Positions 28,183 through 38,045 of a stretch of 64,000 nt of DNA are shown piece after piece. Position 1 is the stretch's first letter; each line of letters opens with the position of its first letter. Source of the DNA: Actinomycetota bacterium (GTDB lineage Bacteria; Actinomycetota; AC-67); the NCBI GenBank assembly GCA_035307625.1, contig DATGHY010000358.1:2031-66030 (forward strand). The letters are read 5' to 3'. Made by a program: the position numbers and the translations under genes. Below the pieces are notes generated by a model that saw nothing but the letters and a program-made list of their open reading frames with translations, did no database searches and was not told the origin of the DNA.

Positions 28183-29465
28183 CCGGCTACAGCGTCCTTC
28201 ATCGTGTCACCGATCGCTTCGGTCGTCTTCTTCACATCCGCGTCCGTGTGGGCAGCCGATACGAACCACGCTTCGAATGCACCCGGCGCAAGGTTGATCC
28301 CACGATCGAGCATGCCGTGGAAGAAGCGCGCGTAGGCTCCGGCCGATTGCGTGCGCGCGCTCTCATAATCGGCAACGGGCTGATCGGTGAAGAACGCTGA
28401 GAACAGCGAGCCTTCGCGGTTGATCGTCAGCGGGGCACCGGCTGCGCGCGCGGCCATGGTCAGCGCTTCAACGAGCGAGCTTGCGAGCCGCTCGAGGCGC
28501 TCGTACGGCGGTTCCTCTTCGATCGCATCGAGAACCGCGAGGCCCGCGGCGACGGCGAGCGGGTTACCGCTCAATGTGCCCGCTTGGTAGACGGAGCCCG
28601 CCGGCGCGATGTTGTCCATCAGATCGGCGCGCCCGCCGAAGGCGCCGATCGGTAGGCCGCCGCCGATCACCTTGCCTAAGCACGTGAGGTCGGCGCGCAC
28701 GCCGGTCCTCGCCTGCGCGCCGCCACGGCCCAGTCGAAAGCCGGTGATCACCTCATCGAAGATCAGGACGGAGCCCTGCGTATCGCAGAGCGCGCGCAGG
28801 GCTTCCAGGAAGCCCGGCGACGGCGGGATGACACCCATGTTCGCGGCGACCGGTTCGACGATGATGCCCGCGATCTGGTCGCCGAGCTCGTCGAAGGCCT
28901 CGGAGATCGCACCGACGTCGTTGAACGGCAGGACGACGGTGTCGGCGGCGGTCGCTTCGGTAACGCCGGGGGTGTCGGGAAGGCCCAGCGTTGCAACGCC
29001 GGATCCGGCGCGCGCGAGCAGCCCGTCGCTGTGGCCGTGGTAACAGCCGGCGAACTTGACGATCTTCGGCCTGCCGGTTGCGCCGCGCGCAAGACGCACG
29101 GCGCTCATCGCCGCTTCCGTTCCAGACGAGACCAGGCGCAGCCGCTCGATCGAGGGCATCGCTTCTGCGATCCGTTCGGCTAGAAGGATCTCGCCTTCCG
29201 TCGGCGCGCCGTAGGACGAACCGCGTTCCGCTGCGCGCTGCACCGCCTCGACGACTCGCGCATCCGCGTGCCCAAGCAAGATAGCCCCGTACGACATCAC
29301 ATAGTCGATCAGCTCGTTGCCGTCGACGTCGGTGAGGCGCGCGCCTTTCGCGGACGCGATGAATCTCGGCGTTCCACCGACCGCGCGGAACGCGCGCACC
29401 GGCGAGTTGACCCCGCCGGGGATCGCTTCTTGCGCGCGCTTGAAGAGATCGTCGGACCTGCTCAT
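28179..29465 (-). CDS. hemL: Glutamate-1-semialdehyde 2,1-aminomutase
   Basis: Start [26 protein letters not shown].. (internal ATG of the 590-aa ORF); class-III aminotransferase PLP region ..DEVITGFR... Confidence 0.92.
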   Translation of the reverse strand: MSRSDDLFKRAQEAIPGGVNSPVRAFRAVGGTPRFIASAKGARLTDVDGNELIDYVMSYGAILLGHADARVVEAVQRAAERGSSYGAPTEGEILLAERIAEAMPSIERLRLVSSGTEAAMSAVRLARGATGRPKIVKFAGCYHGHSDGLLARAGSGVATLGLPDTPGVTEATAADTVVLPFNDVGAISEAFDELGDQIAGIIVEPVAANMGVIPPSPGFLEALRALCDTQGSVLIFDEVITGFRLGRGGAQARTGVRADLTCLGKVIGGGLPIGAFGGRADLMDNIAPAGSVYQAGTLSGNPLAVAAGLAVLDAIEEEPPYERLERLASSLVEALTMAARAAGAPLTINREGSLFSAFFTDQPVADYESARTQSAGAYARFFHGMLDRGINLAPGAFEAWFVSAAHTDADVKKTTEAIGDTMKDAVAG

Positions 29466-29579
29466 GCGGCAAAGGCTACCGGCCGGGCAGAGGACATGCC
29501 CCGGAATGGGCTCGGTGCACCATCGTCCGTAGCAAACCCGCCCCTTCCGGCCACGCGGGGCGTGCGCGAGCATCGCGCG

Positions 29580-29900
29580 ATGGAAGCCGGTGCGGTCGCT
29601 GTCCTGGGGGTGCTCGGCGGCGCGTTGCTGTACCGCAGCGCGCGCGAGAGGCTGAGCGTGCACTGGCTCATCGCGATCGTGGTCGTGGGCGCCCTGAGCG
29701 GCTTGCTGCTCGGGCGCTCGGCCGCGCTCGCACCCGGCGTGCACACAGATCTCATCCAGCGCGCATCGATCGCGACCGTGTTCGCGGCGTGGTGGCTCCT
29801 TATCCGTGAGGTCGTGCGCGACGGGCGTGCGGTTCGCGGGGCGAGCGCTACCTCGAGACGAGGTCGAAGTTCCGGTCGTAGAGATCGGCGACGAGCGTAA
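29580..29900 (+). CDS. Possible small 2-TM membrane protein (uncertain)
   Basis: High third-position GC and two hydrophobic helices (..[14 protein letters not shown].., ..[17 protein letters not shown]..). The 3' end overlaps the convergent aldo-keto reductase gene by about 50 nt. Confidence 0.3.
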   Translation: MEAGAVAVLGVLGGALLYRSARERLSVHWLIAIVVVGALSGLLLGRSAALAPGVHTDLIQRASIATVFAAWWLLIREVVRDGRAVRGASATSRRGRSSGRRDRRRA

Positions 29901-30825
29901 GCTGCGCTTCCGTGAGACCCGGCTTGTCGGCGGCCGCAACGAACTCCTCAAGCTGATCGTCGCGATAGATGTTCGGGAGAACCGTCGTGATGAGCGGTTC
30001 CGCGAGCAGCCACTTGATCGCCGCCTGACCGATCGTCATCCCATCGGTTAGGAACTCGAGCTTGTCGAGTTTCGCCAAGCCCTCCATCAGCCACTCGCGC
30101 GTGCGGAACGAACGGTGATCCGACTCGTCGAAGGTCGTGTCTTTCGTGTATTGCCCTTCGAGCAGCCCGCTCGAATGGGGAACTCGGACCATCAAGCCCG
30201 TGTTCGTCCTACGAGCTGCGTCGATGAAATCGCGGCCGGGGTCTTGCTCGAGCAGGTTGTGGATCAGCATGAACGCATCCATGCGCCGCATTTCCAGCGC
30301 CTTCAGGCCCTCGTCGCGCCACCCGATCTTCGGACCGATCGAGACGCCGAACGCGCGCACCTTGCCTTCTGTCTTGAGAGACTCGAGCGTCGACCATAGG
30401 TCGTCCTGCTCGATGTGCGTCATCTTCGGGTTGTGCAGCTCAAGGATGTCGATGACGTCGGTCTGCAACCTTTGCAACGACGCGTCGACGCCGCGGCGCG
30501 TGAAGTCGGGGTCCGTGCGTTGCGGACGCTCACGGTGCCCTTCGTAGGACCAGTCGATCTCGGTGTCGTAGCCGAACTTCGTCGAATAGACGACGCGGTC
30601 GCGTACATCGCCGAGCGCGCGTGCGGTGATCTCTTCTGCATAGCCGACCGGCCCGTACGTCGGTGCCGTGTCGAAGACCGTGATGCCGAGCTCGAACGCC
30701 TTACGCATCAAGCGGACGGCCTCTTCTGCCGTGTAATTCCCCCACCAGCCGGCTGTCACGGTCCACACGCCGAATCCGACGACCGAGCATTCGATATCCG
30801 TGTTCCCGAGCTTCCGGTAGTGCAT
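29848..30825 (-). CDS. Aldo/keto reductase family oxidoreductase
   Basis: [23 protein letters not shown].. AKR N-terminus and ..[15 protein letters not shown].. motif. Confidence 0.88.
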   Translation of the reverse strand: MHYRKLGNTDIECSVVGFGVWTVTAGWWGNYTAEEAVRLMRKAFELGITVFDTAPTYGPVGYAEEITARALGDVRDRVVYSTKFGYDTEIDWSYEGHRERPQRTDPDFTRRGVDASLQRLQTDVIDILELHNPKMTHIEQDDLWSTLESLKTEGKVRAFGVSIGPKIGWRDEGLKALEMRRMDAFMLIHNLLEQDPGRDFIDAARRTNTGLMVRVPHSSGLLEGQYTKDTTFDESDHRSFRTREWLMEGLAKLDKLEFLTDGMTIGQAAIKWLLAEPLITTVLPNIYRDDQLEEFVAAADKPGLTEAQLTLVADLYDRNFDLVSR

Positions 30826-31811
30826 CAGCCCTCCTGCAGGGTGCGCGCGGCGTCTTTCGCGAAGTAGGTCAGGATGAAATCGGCGCCGGCACGCTTGATC
30901 GCGATCAGCGTTTCAAGCATCGCGCGGCGCTCGTCGAGCCAGCCGTTCGCGCCGGCGGCTTTCAGCATCGAGTACTCACCGCTGACGTTGTATGCTGCCG
31001 TCGGCGCGCCGGTTGCGTCCGCGACGGCGCGCACGACGTCGAGATACGGCAGCGCCGGCTTCACCATCACGATGTCGGCGCCTTCGTCGATGTCGAACAA
31101 CGCCTCGCGCACCGCTTCGTCCGCGTTCGGCGGGTCCATCTGGTACGCGCTGCGGTCGCCGAACTGCGGCGCACACTCGGCCGCGTCTCGGAACGGGCCG
31201 TAGAACGCGCTTGCGAACTTCGCCGCGTACGCAAGGATCGCCGTGTCGGTGAAGCCGTCGCCGTCCAGGGCATCGCGGATCGCTCCGACCTGGCCGTCCA
31301 TCATGCCGCTCGGCGCAACGATGTCTGCGCCGGCGTTGGCTTGCGCCCGCGCGATCGAGCGGTAGCGCGCGAGCGTCGCGTCGTTGTCGACGCTGCCGTC
31401 CGCGGCGAGCACGCCACAGTGACCGTGGTCGGTGTATTCGTCCAAGCAGAGGTCGGCGATCAGCACAAGATCGGAGCCGACCTCCGCGCGCAGCTCGCGC
31501 AGCGCACGCTGGACGATCCCGTCTTCGCGGTCCGATTGCGTCCCGACGGCATCCTTCTCGATCGGGATGCCGAAGAGCACGATCGCAGGGATGCCGAGGC
31601 CGGCGATCTCGACGACTTCCTTCCGAAGCGACTCGAGCGTGTGCTGTACGTGACCGGGCATCGAGGCGATCGGCTGCGATTCGGTGATCCCTTCCTTGAC
31701 GAACAGCGGCGCCACGAGATCGCCGGTCGCGAGCGTCGTCTCGGCGACGAGGCGGCGCATCGAGTCCGTCCGGCGGAGACGCCGGAACCGGGAGGTCGGG
31801 AACCGAGGCAT
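30825..31811 (-). CDS. hemB: Porphobilinogen synthase (delta-aminolevulinic acid dehydratase)
   Basis: 328 aa; conserved ..VKPALPYLDVV.. active-site lysine region and metal-binding cysteines. Confidence 0.92.
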   Translation of the reverse strand: MPRFPTSRFRRLRRTDSMRRLVAETTLATGDLVAPLFVKEGITESQPIASMPGHVQHTLESLRKEVVEIAGLGIPAIVLFGIPIEKDAVGTQSDREDGIVQRALRELRAEVGSDLVLIADLCLDEYTDHGHCGVLAADGSVDNDATLARYRSIARAQANAGADIVAPSGMMDGQVGAIRDALDGDGFTDTAILAYAAKFASAFYGPFRDAAECAPQFGDRSAYQMDPPNADEAVREALFDIDEGADIVMVKPALPYLDVVRAVADATGAPTAAYNVSGEYSMLKAAGANGWLDERRAMLETLIAIKRAGADFILTYFAKDAARTLQEG

Positions 31812-31854
31812 GGTTGAAGGGTAACGCGCGCGCTGGGTGGCGGCGAACCGCTCT

Positions 31855-32673
31855 TTATCGTCGGGCGACGACGACGTGCGCCTGGATCTTTGCTTCGACC
31901 GGACCCGTGCCGAAACGCTCCGCGATCGCGGACGTCGCTCGCCTCGTCGCCTCTTCCACCTGGGACGGGTCGCGCGCTTCTATCTCGTTCAACAGGGGAG
32001 TTCCTTGAACGAAAGCGACTGCGGGAAGCCTCGCCTCCGCCGCTTTGCTCGATCGTGCGATCGTGGTGATCTCAACCGTCTCGAACCCAGCATGCGCCAG
32101 CTCGCTCTCGACGACCTCGCGGTCGTGGTACCCGTGTGGCGTCCTACTCAGGAACCGTGGCGGGTCGTCGGGGAACATCTCGCCGACGGCAGCTTCGACG
32201 ACGTGGGTGAACACGTTCTCCTCGATCCGGTCCCACACGTTGAAGACGAACATCCCACCCGGCGTGAGGACACGTCTCGCTTCTCGATATGCCGCGATGC
32301 GGTCCGGGAAGAACATCACGCCGAACTGACAAACAACAGCGTCGAAGCGCTCGTCCGGAAACGGGAGGTGCAGGGCGTCGGCCTGCCTCCACTCGACCGG
32401 ACGGGCCGTACCGATCAACGATGCACGATCGAGCATCGGCTGGTTGAGATCGGTTGCCACGATCTCGACGTTGTCCCCTAGACGCGATGCGAGCTGCCGG
32501 GTCACGACCCCCGTACCGGCTGCGACCTCCATCACTGTGTGTGGCCGTAGCCTCGTCACACGATCGGCGATCTCCTCGGCGTAAGCCTCGAAGATGAGCG
32601 GCACGAGGTACGTTTCATAAAACTCGGGCACCGATCCCGAAAAGACCGCGTCGCTCTTCCGCGTAGCCGTCAT
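31855..32673 (-). CDS. Class I SAM-dependent methyltransferase
   Basis: Internal ATG (MTATRKSDAV..); motif I VMEVAAGTGVVTRQLA and ..VVCQFGVMFFPD..; 272 aa. Confidence 0.8.
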   Translation of the reverse strand: MTATRKSDAVFSGSVPEFYETYLVPLIFEAYAEEIADRVTRLRPHTVMEVAAGTGVVTRQLASRLGDNVEIVATDLNQPMLDRASLIGTARPVEWRQADALHLPFPDERFDAVVCQFGVMFFPDRIAAYREARRVLTPGGMFVFNVWDRIEENVFTHVVEAAVGEMFPDDPPRFLSRTPHGYHDREVVESELAHAGFETVEITTIARSSKAAEARLPAVAFVQGTPLLNEIEARDPSQVEEATRRATSAIAERFGTGPVEAKIQAHVVVARR

Positions 32674-34205
32674 CGTGTCTTCTTCGAAGCGACATCCACG
32701 GTCGCGGCGACGAGGCCTGGGATCGTGTGCGTTCGCGCTACCGCAGCCACGCGAAGGCCGGCTGCGCGCGCAGCCTTCGCGGTGATGGGGCCGATGCATA
32801 CGACCTTCGTTCTCGCCGGCGGCTTCGCTTTGAGCAGCTTCATGAACGCCCGCACCGTGCCGCCGCTGGCGAACGTGAGGACGTCTACCCCGCCGCCGAG
32901 GATCGCTTTGCGCACCTCGCGCGGCATCGTCGTCTCGCCCTTCAACCGGTAGACGACGAGACGATCGACGGTCCAGCCCTTCGCCCCGATCGCGTCGTCG
33001 AGCCCGGGCTCGACCTTGTCCGCGCGCGCCAACAGAACCCGGCCTTTCCCTTTCGGGAACGCCCTGCCGATCGCTTCCGTCGTGAAGCTCGGCGGCACGA
33101 GGTCGGGAACGATCCCGATCGCGCCGAGCGCCTCGGCGGTCCCCGGTCCGACCGCGGCAACGTTCGAGGTTCCGAACGCGCGCGCATCGAGCCCGGCTGC
33201 TCGCAATCGAGAGACAAACGCGCGCACCCCGTTCGCCGACGTGAAGACAACCCACGCGTACGCAGAAGCGGCGAGACGAGAGACCGCATCGTCGACCGTC
33301 GAGTACGACGCGGGCGGCTCCACGCGGATCGCCGGCGCCTCGATCACCTCCGCTCCAAGCTCGGACAGGATCGCCGAGAGCTCTGACGCTTGCTCCCGGG
33401 TGCGCGTCACCAACACGCGCTTCCCCGACAGCGGGCGCGTGTCCCACCCACCGAGAGCCTCTCGGAGGGAAACCACCTCACCCACGACCGTGATCGCCGG
33501 GGCACGGATTCCGGCGCGCGCGGCCGCAGCAGCGATCTTCGACAGCGGCGCGGTCACAGTACGCATCGTGGGCAGCGTCGCGTCTTGGATAACCGCAGCC
33601 GGCGTCGACGCCGGCTTCCCCGCGTCGATCAGCGCGCGCGCGATGCCGGCAAGCCGCTCGACACCCATCAGAAGCACCGCGGTGTCCGCGCCGGCCAGCG
33701 CCCGCCAGTCGATGCGCGAGCCCGCTTTCCCCGGCGCTTCGTGCGCGGTCGCGATCGCAACCGATGCAGCGGCGTCGCGGTGCGTTACGGGTATCCCCGC
33801 AGCCGCCGGACCGGCGATCGCGGATGTGATGCCGGGCACGACCTCGAACGGGATACCTGCAGCCGCGAGCGCCTCGGCTTCTTCACCGCCACGGCCGAAC
33901 ACGAAGGGGTCGCCGCCCTTCAAACGAACGACCGAGCGGCCTGCGCGCGCCTCTTGTACCAAGATCCGCGTGATCTCCGCTTGCGTCTTCGTATGCTGCT
34001 TCGGTTGCTTGCCGACGTAGATCATCTTCGCGTCTGCGCGCGCGAACCCGATCAAGGCACCGGCGCCGAGGCGGTCGTACACGACGACATCGGCTCCTCG
34101 CAGCAGCGCAAGTCCGCGAACGGTGATGAGACCCGGATCGCCCGGACCGGCTCCCACCAAGGCGACCGATCCGAGAATGGTTCGGCGGCGACGCGCTTTC
34201 GTCAT
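32670..34205 (-). CDS. hemD: Bifunctional uroporphyrinogen-III C-methyltransferase / uroporphyrinogen-III synthase (CobA-HemD fusion)
   Basis: N-terminal SUMT domain (LVGAGPGDPGLITVRG.., ..GGDPFVFGRGGEE..) fused to a HemD-like C-terminal domain. 4-nt overlaps with neighbouring genes. Confidence 0.9.
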   Translation of the reverse strand: MTKARRRRTILGSVALVGAGPGDPGLITVRGLALLRGADVVVYDRLGAGALIGFARADAKMIYVGKQPKQHTKTQAEITRILVQEARAGRSVVRLKGGDPFVFGRGGEEAEALAAAGIPFEVVPGITSAIAGPAAAGIPVTHRDAAASVAIATAHEAPGKAGSRIDWRALAGADTAVLLMGVERLAGIARALIDAGKPASTPAAVIQDATLPTMRTVTAPLSKIAAAAARAGIRAPAITVVGEVVSLREALGGWDTRPLSGKRVLVTRTREQASELSAILSELGAEVIEAPAIRVEPPASYSTVDDAVSRLAASAYAWVVFTSANGVRAFVSRLRAAGLDARAFGTSNVAAVGPGTAEALGAIGIVPDLVPPSFTTEAIGRAFPKGKGRVLLARADKVEPGLDDAIGAKGWTVDRLVVYRLKGETTMPREVRKAILGGGVDVLTFASGGTVRAFMKLLKAKPPARTKVVCIGPITAKAARAAGLRVAAVARTHTIPGLVAATVDVASKKTR

Positions 34206-35119
34206 GCGCGCGCGGACGCGATGATCTCTTCGGCGCCCATCGCGCGGAGCCGGTCGGCGAGCTCGAGCCCCGTCTTCTCGGGGTCGTCGCCTTCGACCTG
34301 ATCCTGCACGACGCGCTTCCCATCGAGCGTGCCGACGAGACCGCGGATGCGTACGCGTTCGGAATCGGCCTCCGCGAGCGCGCCGAGCGGTAGGTTGCAG
34401 TCGCCGCCCAGCGAAAGCATGAACGATCGCTCGGCGTCGAACGCTGCGCGCGCGATCGGGTCGTCGAGCTGCGCGAGCGCGCCGCGCATCATCTTGTCGT
34501 TCGCACGGCACTCGACCGCGAGCGCGCCTTGGCCCGGTGCGGGGAGCATGATCGTGATCGGCAGGATCTCCGCCACGCGATCTGCGCGGCCCAAACGCTT
34601 CAAACCCGCGAGCGCGACCACGAGCGCCTGCACGTCGCCGTCCGACAGCTTGCGAAGCCGCGTATCGACGTTGCCGCGGATGGGTGTCGGGACCAACCCG
34701 CGTTGCAACGCGAGCAGCTGTGTGCGCCGGCGCATCGACGACGTCCCGATCGTCGTTCCCGGTTGCAACGAGTTCAGACCCGCGCCGGTGCGGGTCAAGA
34801 GCGCGTCGCGTGGGTCCTCCCGTTTCGGGATCGCCGCAAGGACGACGCCGTCCGTGCCCTTCGCGGGAAGGTCCTTGGCGCTGTGCACGGCCAGGTCGAT
34901 CTTGCCGCTGGCGAGCGCTTCTTGGATGTCGCTGACGAACAAGCCTTTACCGCCGAGCGGCGGCAGCTCGCCTTCGATGGTGTCGCCGGTCGTCGTGATC
35001 GGCACCAGCTCGAAGCTGCGATGGGTGATGACGTTGGAAATCGCCTTGCGGATCGTCTCCGCTTGCGCCAAGGCCAGCGCGCTCCCTCGGGTCCCGACCC
35101 GCAGAACGCTCCGCGGCAT
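34202..35119 (-). CDS. hemC: Hydroxymethylbilane synthase (porphobilinogen deaminase)
   Basis: MPRSVLRVGTRGSALALAQAE.. canonical HemC N-terminus. Confidence 0.92.
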   Translation of the reverse strand: MPRSVLRVGTRGSALALAQAETIRKAISNVITHRSFELVPITTTGDTIEGELPPLGGKGLFVSDIQEALASGKIDLAVHSAKDLPAKGTDGVVLAAIPKREDPRDALLTRTGAGLNSLQPGTTIGTSSMRRRTQLLALQRGLVPTPIRGNVDTRLRKLSDGDVQALVVALAGLKRLGRADRVAEILPITIMLPAPGQGALAVECRANDKMMRGALAQLDDPIARAAFDAERSFMLSLGGDCNLPLGALAEADSERVRIRGLVGTLDGKRVVQDQVEGDDPEKTGLELADRLRAMGAEEIIASARA

Positions 35120-35127
35120 TCGCCCTC

Positions 35128-36393
35128 CTAGCCCTCGTCGTCCGGCAGCGCGTAGAGCATACGCAAAGCCCGGGCGAGGGCCTCACCCCCGGCCGTTCCG
35201 GCCTGATCCTTCAACGCCCTCATCGGGTCGTGCAGCAACTTCGCGATCATCGAGCGCGTGAGCGTTTCCACGGCCTCGCGCTCCTTTTCGTCCAGATCTG
35301 CGAGCAGCCCGGCCGCTCGCTTCAGCTCCGCGGTGCGCACGTGCTCCGCACGCGCCGAGAGCGCATGAAGCAGCGGCGCAAGCGCGTGTGTGCGCTGCCA
35401 GGACACGAACTTGGGCACTTCTTCGGCGATGATCGCGCGCACGAGATCGACTTCGCGAAGCTGCTCGCCGTCCGGCGCGACCGCTTCGCGCAGATCGTCC
35501 ATGTCCTTCAGCGTCACGCCGTCGATCTCGGCGGCTGCCGCATCCACGTCGCGCGGCACCGCTAGGTCCAAGATGACGAGCGGCCGCGCGCGCTCTTCCA
35601 TCGCAGCAGCAACCATCTCCCGCGTGATCAGCGGCTCCGAGGCGCCGGTCGAAGTGAGCACGAGATCCGCCCGTGCCAGGGCGCCCGGCAGCTCGGCCAT
35701 CGCGACCGCCGTGCCGCCGGCACGCTCCGCAACCGAGTGTGCGCGCGCCGCCGTGCGATTCGCTATCAGCACGTGCGCGCCTTCTTGGGCGATCGCGACG
35801 GCGGCGAGGTCGCTCATCTTCCCCGCGCCCACGATGAGAACGGTCTTCTGGTCCAGCGCGCCGAGCTCTGCGCGCGCGAGCGTTGCTCCCGCCATCGCGA
35901 GCGTGGACGCGCTGCGCGCGATGTCCGTCTCGGCGCGCGCACGGCGTCCGACGCGGATCGCCTGGCGGAACAGCGCCGACAACGTCGATCCGACCGCACC
36001 TTCTTCATCGGCTGTGCGGAACGCGCGACGAACCTGCGTCAGGATCTGGGGCTCGCCGACGACCATCGAGTCGATCCCCGACGCGACCGCGAAGAGATGG
36101 TCCACCGCTTCGTCTTCGTACAGGCCGTACATCCGGTCGGTGAAGTCTTCCGGCGCGACGTGGTGGAACTCGGACAGGAATTGGCGTAGCGCGCCGACGC
36201 CGGAGTGGAACCCGTCGACCACCGCGTATACCTCGGTCCGGTTGCAGGTCGAGAGGATCAGGGCCTCGCGGACGTGCTCCGATGCGCGCGCAGCGAGCAA
36301 CGCTTTCGGCAGCTCGGTCGCATCGAACGCGAAACGTTCGAGCAGCTCGAGCGGCGTGCTCTTGTAGTTGAGGCCGGCGACGAGGACCGACAC
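35128..36393 (-). CDS. hemA: Glutamyl-tRNA reductase
   Basis: GTG start (VSVLVAGLNYKSTPLELLERF..); ..STCNRTEVY.. catalytic Cys motif; NADPH-binding GAGKM. Confidence 0.88.
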   Translation of the reverse strand: MSVLVAGLNYKSTPLELLERFAFDATELPKALLAARASEHVREALILSTCNRTEVYAVVDGFHSGVGALRQFLSEFHHVAPEDFTDRMYGLYEDEAVDHLFAVASGIDSMVVGEPQILTQVRRAFRTADEEGAVGSTLSALFRQAIRVGRRARAETDIARSASTLAMAGATLARAELGALDQKTVLIVGAGKMSDLAAVAIAQEGAHVLIANRTAARAHSVAERAGGTAVAMAELPGALARADLVLTSTGASEPLITREMVAAAMEERARPLVILDLAVPRDVDAAAAEIDGVTLKDMDDLREAVAPDGEQLREVDLVRAIIAEEVPKFVSWQRTHALAPLLHALSARAEHVRTAELKRAAGLLADLDEKEREAVETLTRSMIAKLLHDPMRALKDQAGTAGGEALARALRMLYALPDDEG

Positions 36394-37025
36394 TAGCGTG
36401 CCCCCAGCAGCTCGACCGCGCGCGCGAAGGCCTTGTCGATCTTGCCCGCGCGTACCAGGTCGAGGACGTTCGAATCGACGACGCGGTACCACGCGTCGGC
36501 ACGTTCCTGCTGGGTCGGCGCCTGGTCGACCTCCGCCTTCAGACGCTTGATGAGATCGAGGTAGGCCTCGTACTCGGGGCCGAACTCCTTCTCCAGCCGC
36601 TCACGGATCCGGACCGCGATCGCGGGGTTCGTTCCACCGGTCGAGATAGCGATCATGAGGTCGCCACGGCGCACGATCGACGGCGCGATGAATGTGCAGT
36701 GCGGCGGATCGTCGACGACGTTCACCGGAACGCCTTCGTCCAAGGCTTCTTCGTAGATCGCTTGGTTCACGTCGCGCTCGTCCGTCGAGGCGATCACGAC
36801 GGCGGCCCCTTTGAGGTCGCCGCGTTGATACGGCCGCTCGATCAATTCGATCGTGTCGGCGGCGGCGAGCTTCTTCAGCCGCGGGGTTGCTTCGGGCGTG
36901 ATCACCTTGACCTTCGCGCCGGCTTCGAGCAGCGTGCGAACCTTTCGCTCCCCGACCGCGCCTCCGCCGATAACGACGCCGAGGCGTCCGTCGAGCATGA
37001 GGATGGCCGGATAGCCGGTCGTCAT
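36393..37025 (-). CDS. Precorrin-2 dehydrogenase / sirohydrochlorin ferrochelatase family protein (SirC / CysG N-terminal-like)
   Basis: Rossmann motif VVIGGGAVGERKVRTLLEAGAKVKVI; 210 aa; between rex and hemA. Confidence 0.8.
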   Translation of the reverse strand: MTTGYPAILMLDGRLGVVIGGGAVGERKVRTLLEAGAKVKVITPEATPRLKKLAAADTIELIERPYQRGDLKGAAVVIASTDERDVNQAIYEEALDEGVPVNVVDDPPHCTFIAPSIVRRGDLMIAISTGGTNPAIAVRIRERLEKEFGPEYEAYLDLIKRLKAEVDQAPTQQERADAWYRVVDSNVLDLVRAGKIDKAFARAVELLGAR

Positions 37026-37029
37026 GGGT

Positions 37030-37722
37030 TTACGGCCGTGTGCTCTTGGAGGCGCTCGCCGTCAGCCGTTTGCCGCGACGCACGGTATCGAGCGCGCTTT
37101 TCCGCTGCTCGTAGAAGGAAAGGATCTGAAGCTCGATCGAGAGGTCGACCTTGCGCAGCGAGACGTCGTCGGGAACCTGCAGCACCGTTGGTGCGAAGTT
37201 AAGGATGCTCTTCACGCCCGCAGAGACGAGCCGGTCGGCTGCGTCCTGCGCCGCGCCAGCGGTCGTGGCGACGATCCCGATCGAGATCTCGCGCTCTTTC
37301 ACGATGCGCTCGAGGTCCGCGAAGTCCTCAACGACCATCGAGTCGACGGGCTTGCCGATCTTCGACTCGTCGATGTCGACCAGCGCGCTCACGCGGAACC
37401 CGCGCTCGCCGAAGCCGCGATAGTTCGCCAGCGCGCGCCCGAGGTTGCCGACGCCGACGATGACGCAGTTCCAATCCTGCGTGAGCCCGAGCTCACGGCT
37501 GATCTGATAGATGAGGTACTCGACGTCGTAACCGACGCCGCGGGTGCCGTACGAACCGAGGTACGAGAGGTCTTTCCGGACCTTCGCCGAGTTGACCCCG
37601 GCGGCTTCGGCAAGCCCTTCGCTCGAGATCGTCTGCATCCCGCGCTCGGTCATGTCCACGAGGCTTCGCAGGTACAAAGGGAGCCGCGCGACGGTCGCTT
37701 CCGGGATGGCGCGTTCTCTCAC
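37030..37722 (-). CDS. rex: Redox-sensing transcriptional repressor Rex
   Basis: N-terminal winged helix ..ATVARLPLYLRSL.. and Rossmann NADH-binding VIVGVGNLGRALANY. Confidence 0.9.
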   Translation of the reverse strand: MRERAIPEATVARLPLYLRSLVDMTERGMQTISSEGLAEAAGVNSAKVRKDLSYLGSYGTRGVGYDVEYLIYQISRELGLTQDWNCVIVGVGNLGRALANYRGFGERGFRVSALVDIDESKIGKPVDSMVVEDFADLERIVKEREISIGIVATTAGAAQDAADRLVSAGVKSILNFAPTVLQVPDDVSLRKVDLSIELQILSFYEQRKSALDTVRRGKRLTASASKSTRP

Positions 37723-37760
37723 GAACTCTCCCCAACTGGTTTCACAAAGATTCTAGGCGC

Positions 37761-37778
37761 TTGTGAGCGCAATCACAA
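37761..37778. promoter_or_regulatory. Rex operator (TTGTGAGCGCAATCACAA) upstream of the rex-hem operon (autoregulation site)
   Basis: 16/18 match to TTGTGAA-N4-TTCACAA. An extra TTCACAA half-site sits 15 nt upstream. Located 40-55 nt upstream of the rex start. Confidence 0.6.
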
Positions 37779-37804
37779 ACGGCACCAAGGCCGGGAAAGT
37801 GCTG

Positions 37805-38032
37805 CTAGGCGCGCCTGCGACGCCGCACACCGAGCGCGCGCGCCAAGGCTCTCTCGTCGACCGGCACCTCGGCGATCACGGCTCCATCGAGCTCGATCAC
37901 CGGCACGCGAATCACGTATCGCGGATCGGATTCGACCACCTCGTAGTCGATGCCCCACCCGTCGAGCAGCCCGCGCGCGTCCTCACACAGATGGCACCCG
38001 GGCTCCGTGTAGAACACGACGCGACGGGTCAT
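37805..38032 (-). CDS. Glutaredoxin-like small redox protein (CxxC)
   Basis: 75 aa; VVFYTEPGCHLCEDA thioredoxin-fold active-site arrangement. Confidence 0.7.
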   Translation of the reverse strand: MTRRVVFYTEPGCHLCEDARGLLDGWGIDYEVVESDPRYVIRVPVIELDGAVIAEVPVDERALARALGVRRRRRA

Positions 38033-38045
38033 CAGGCCGGCCTCA

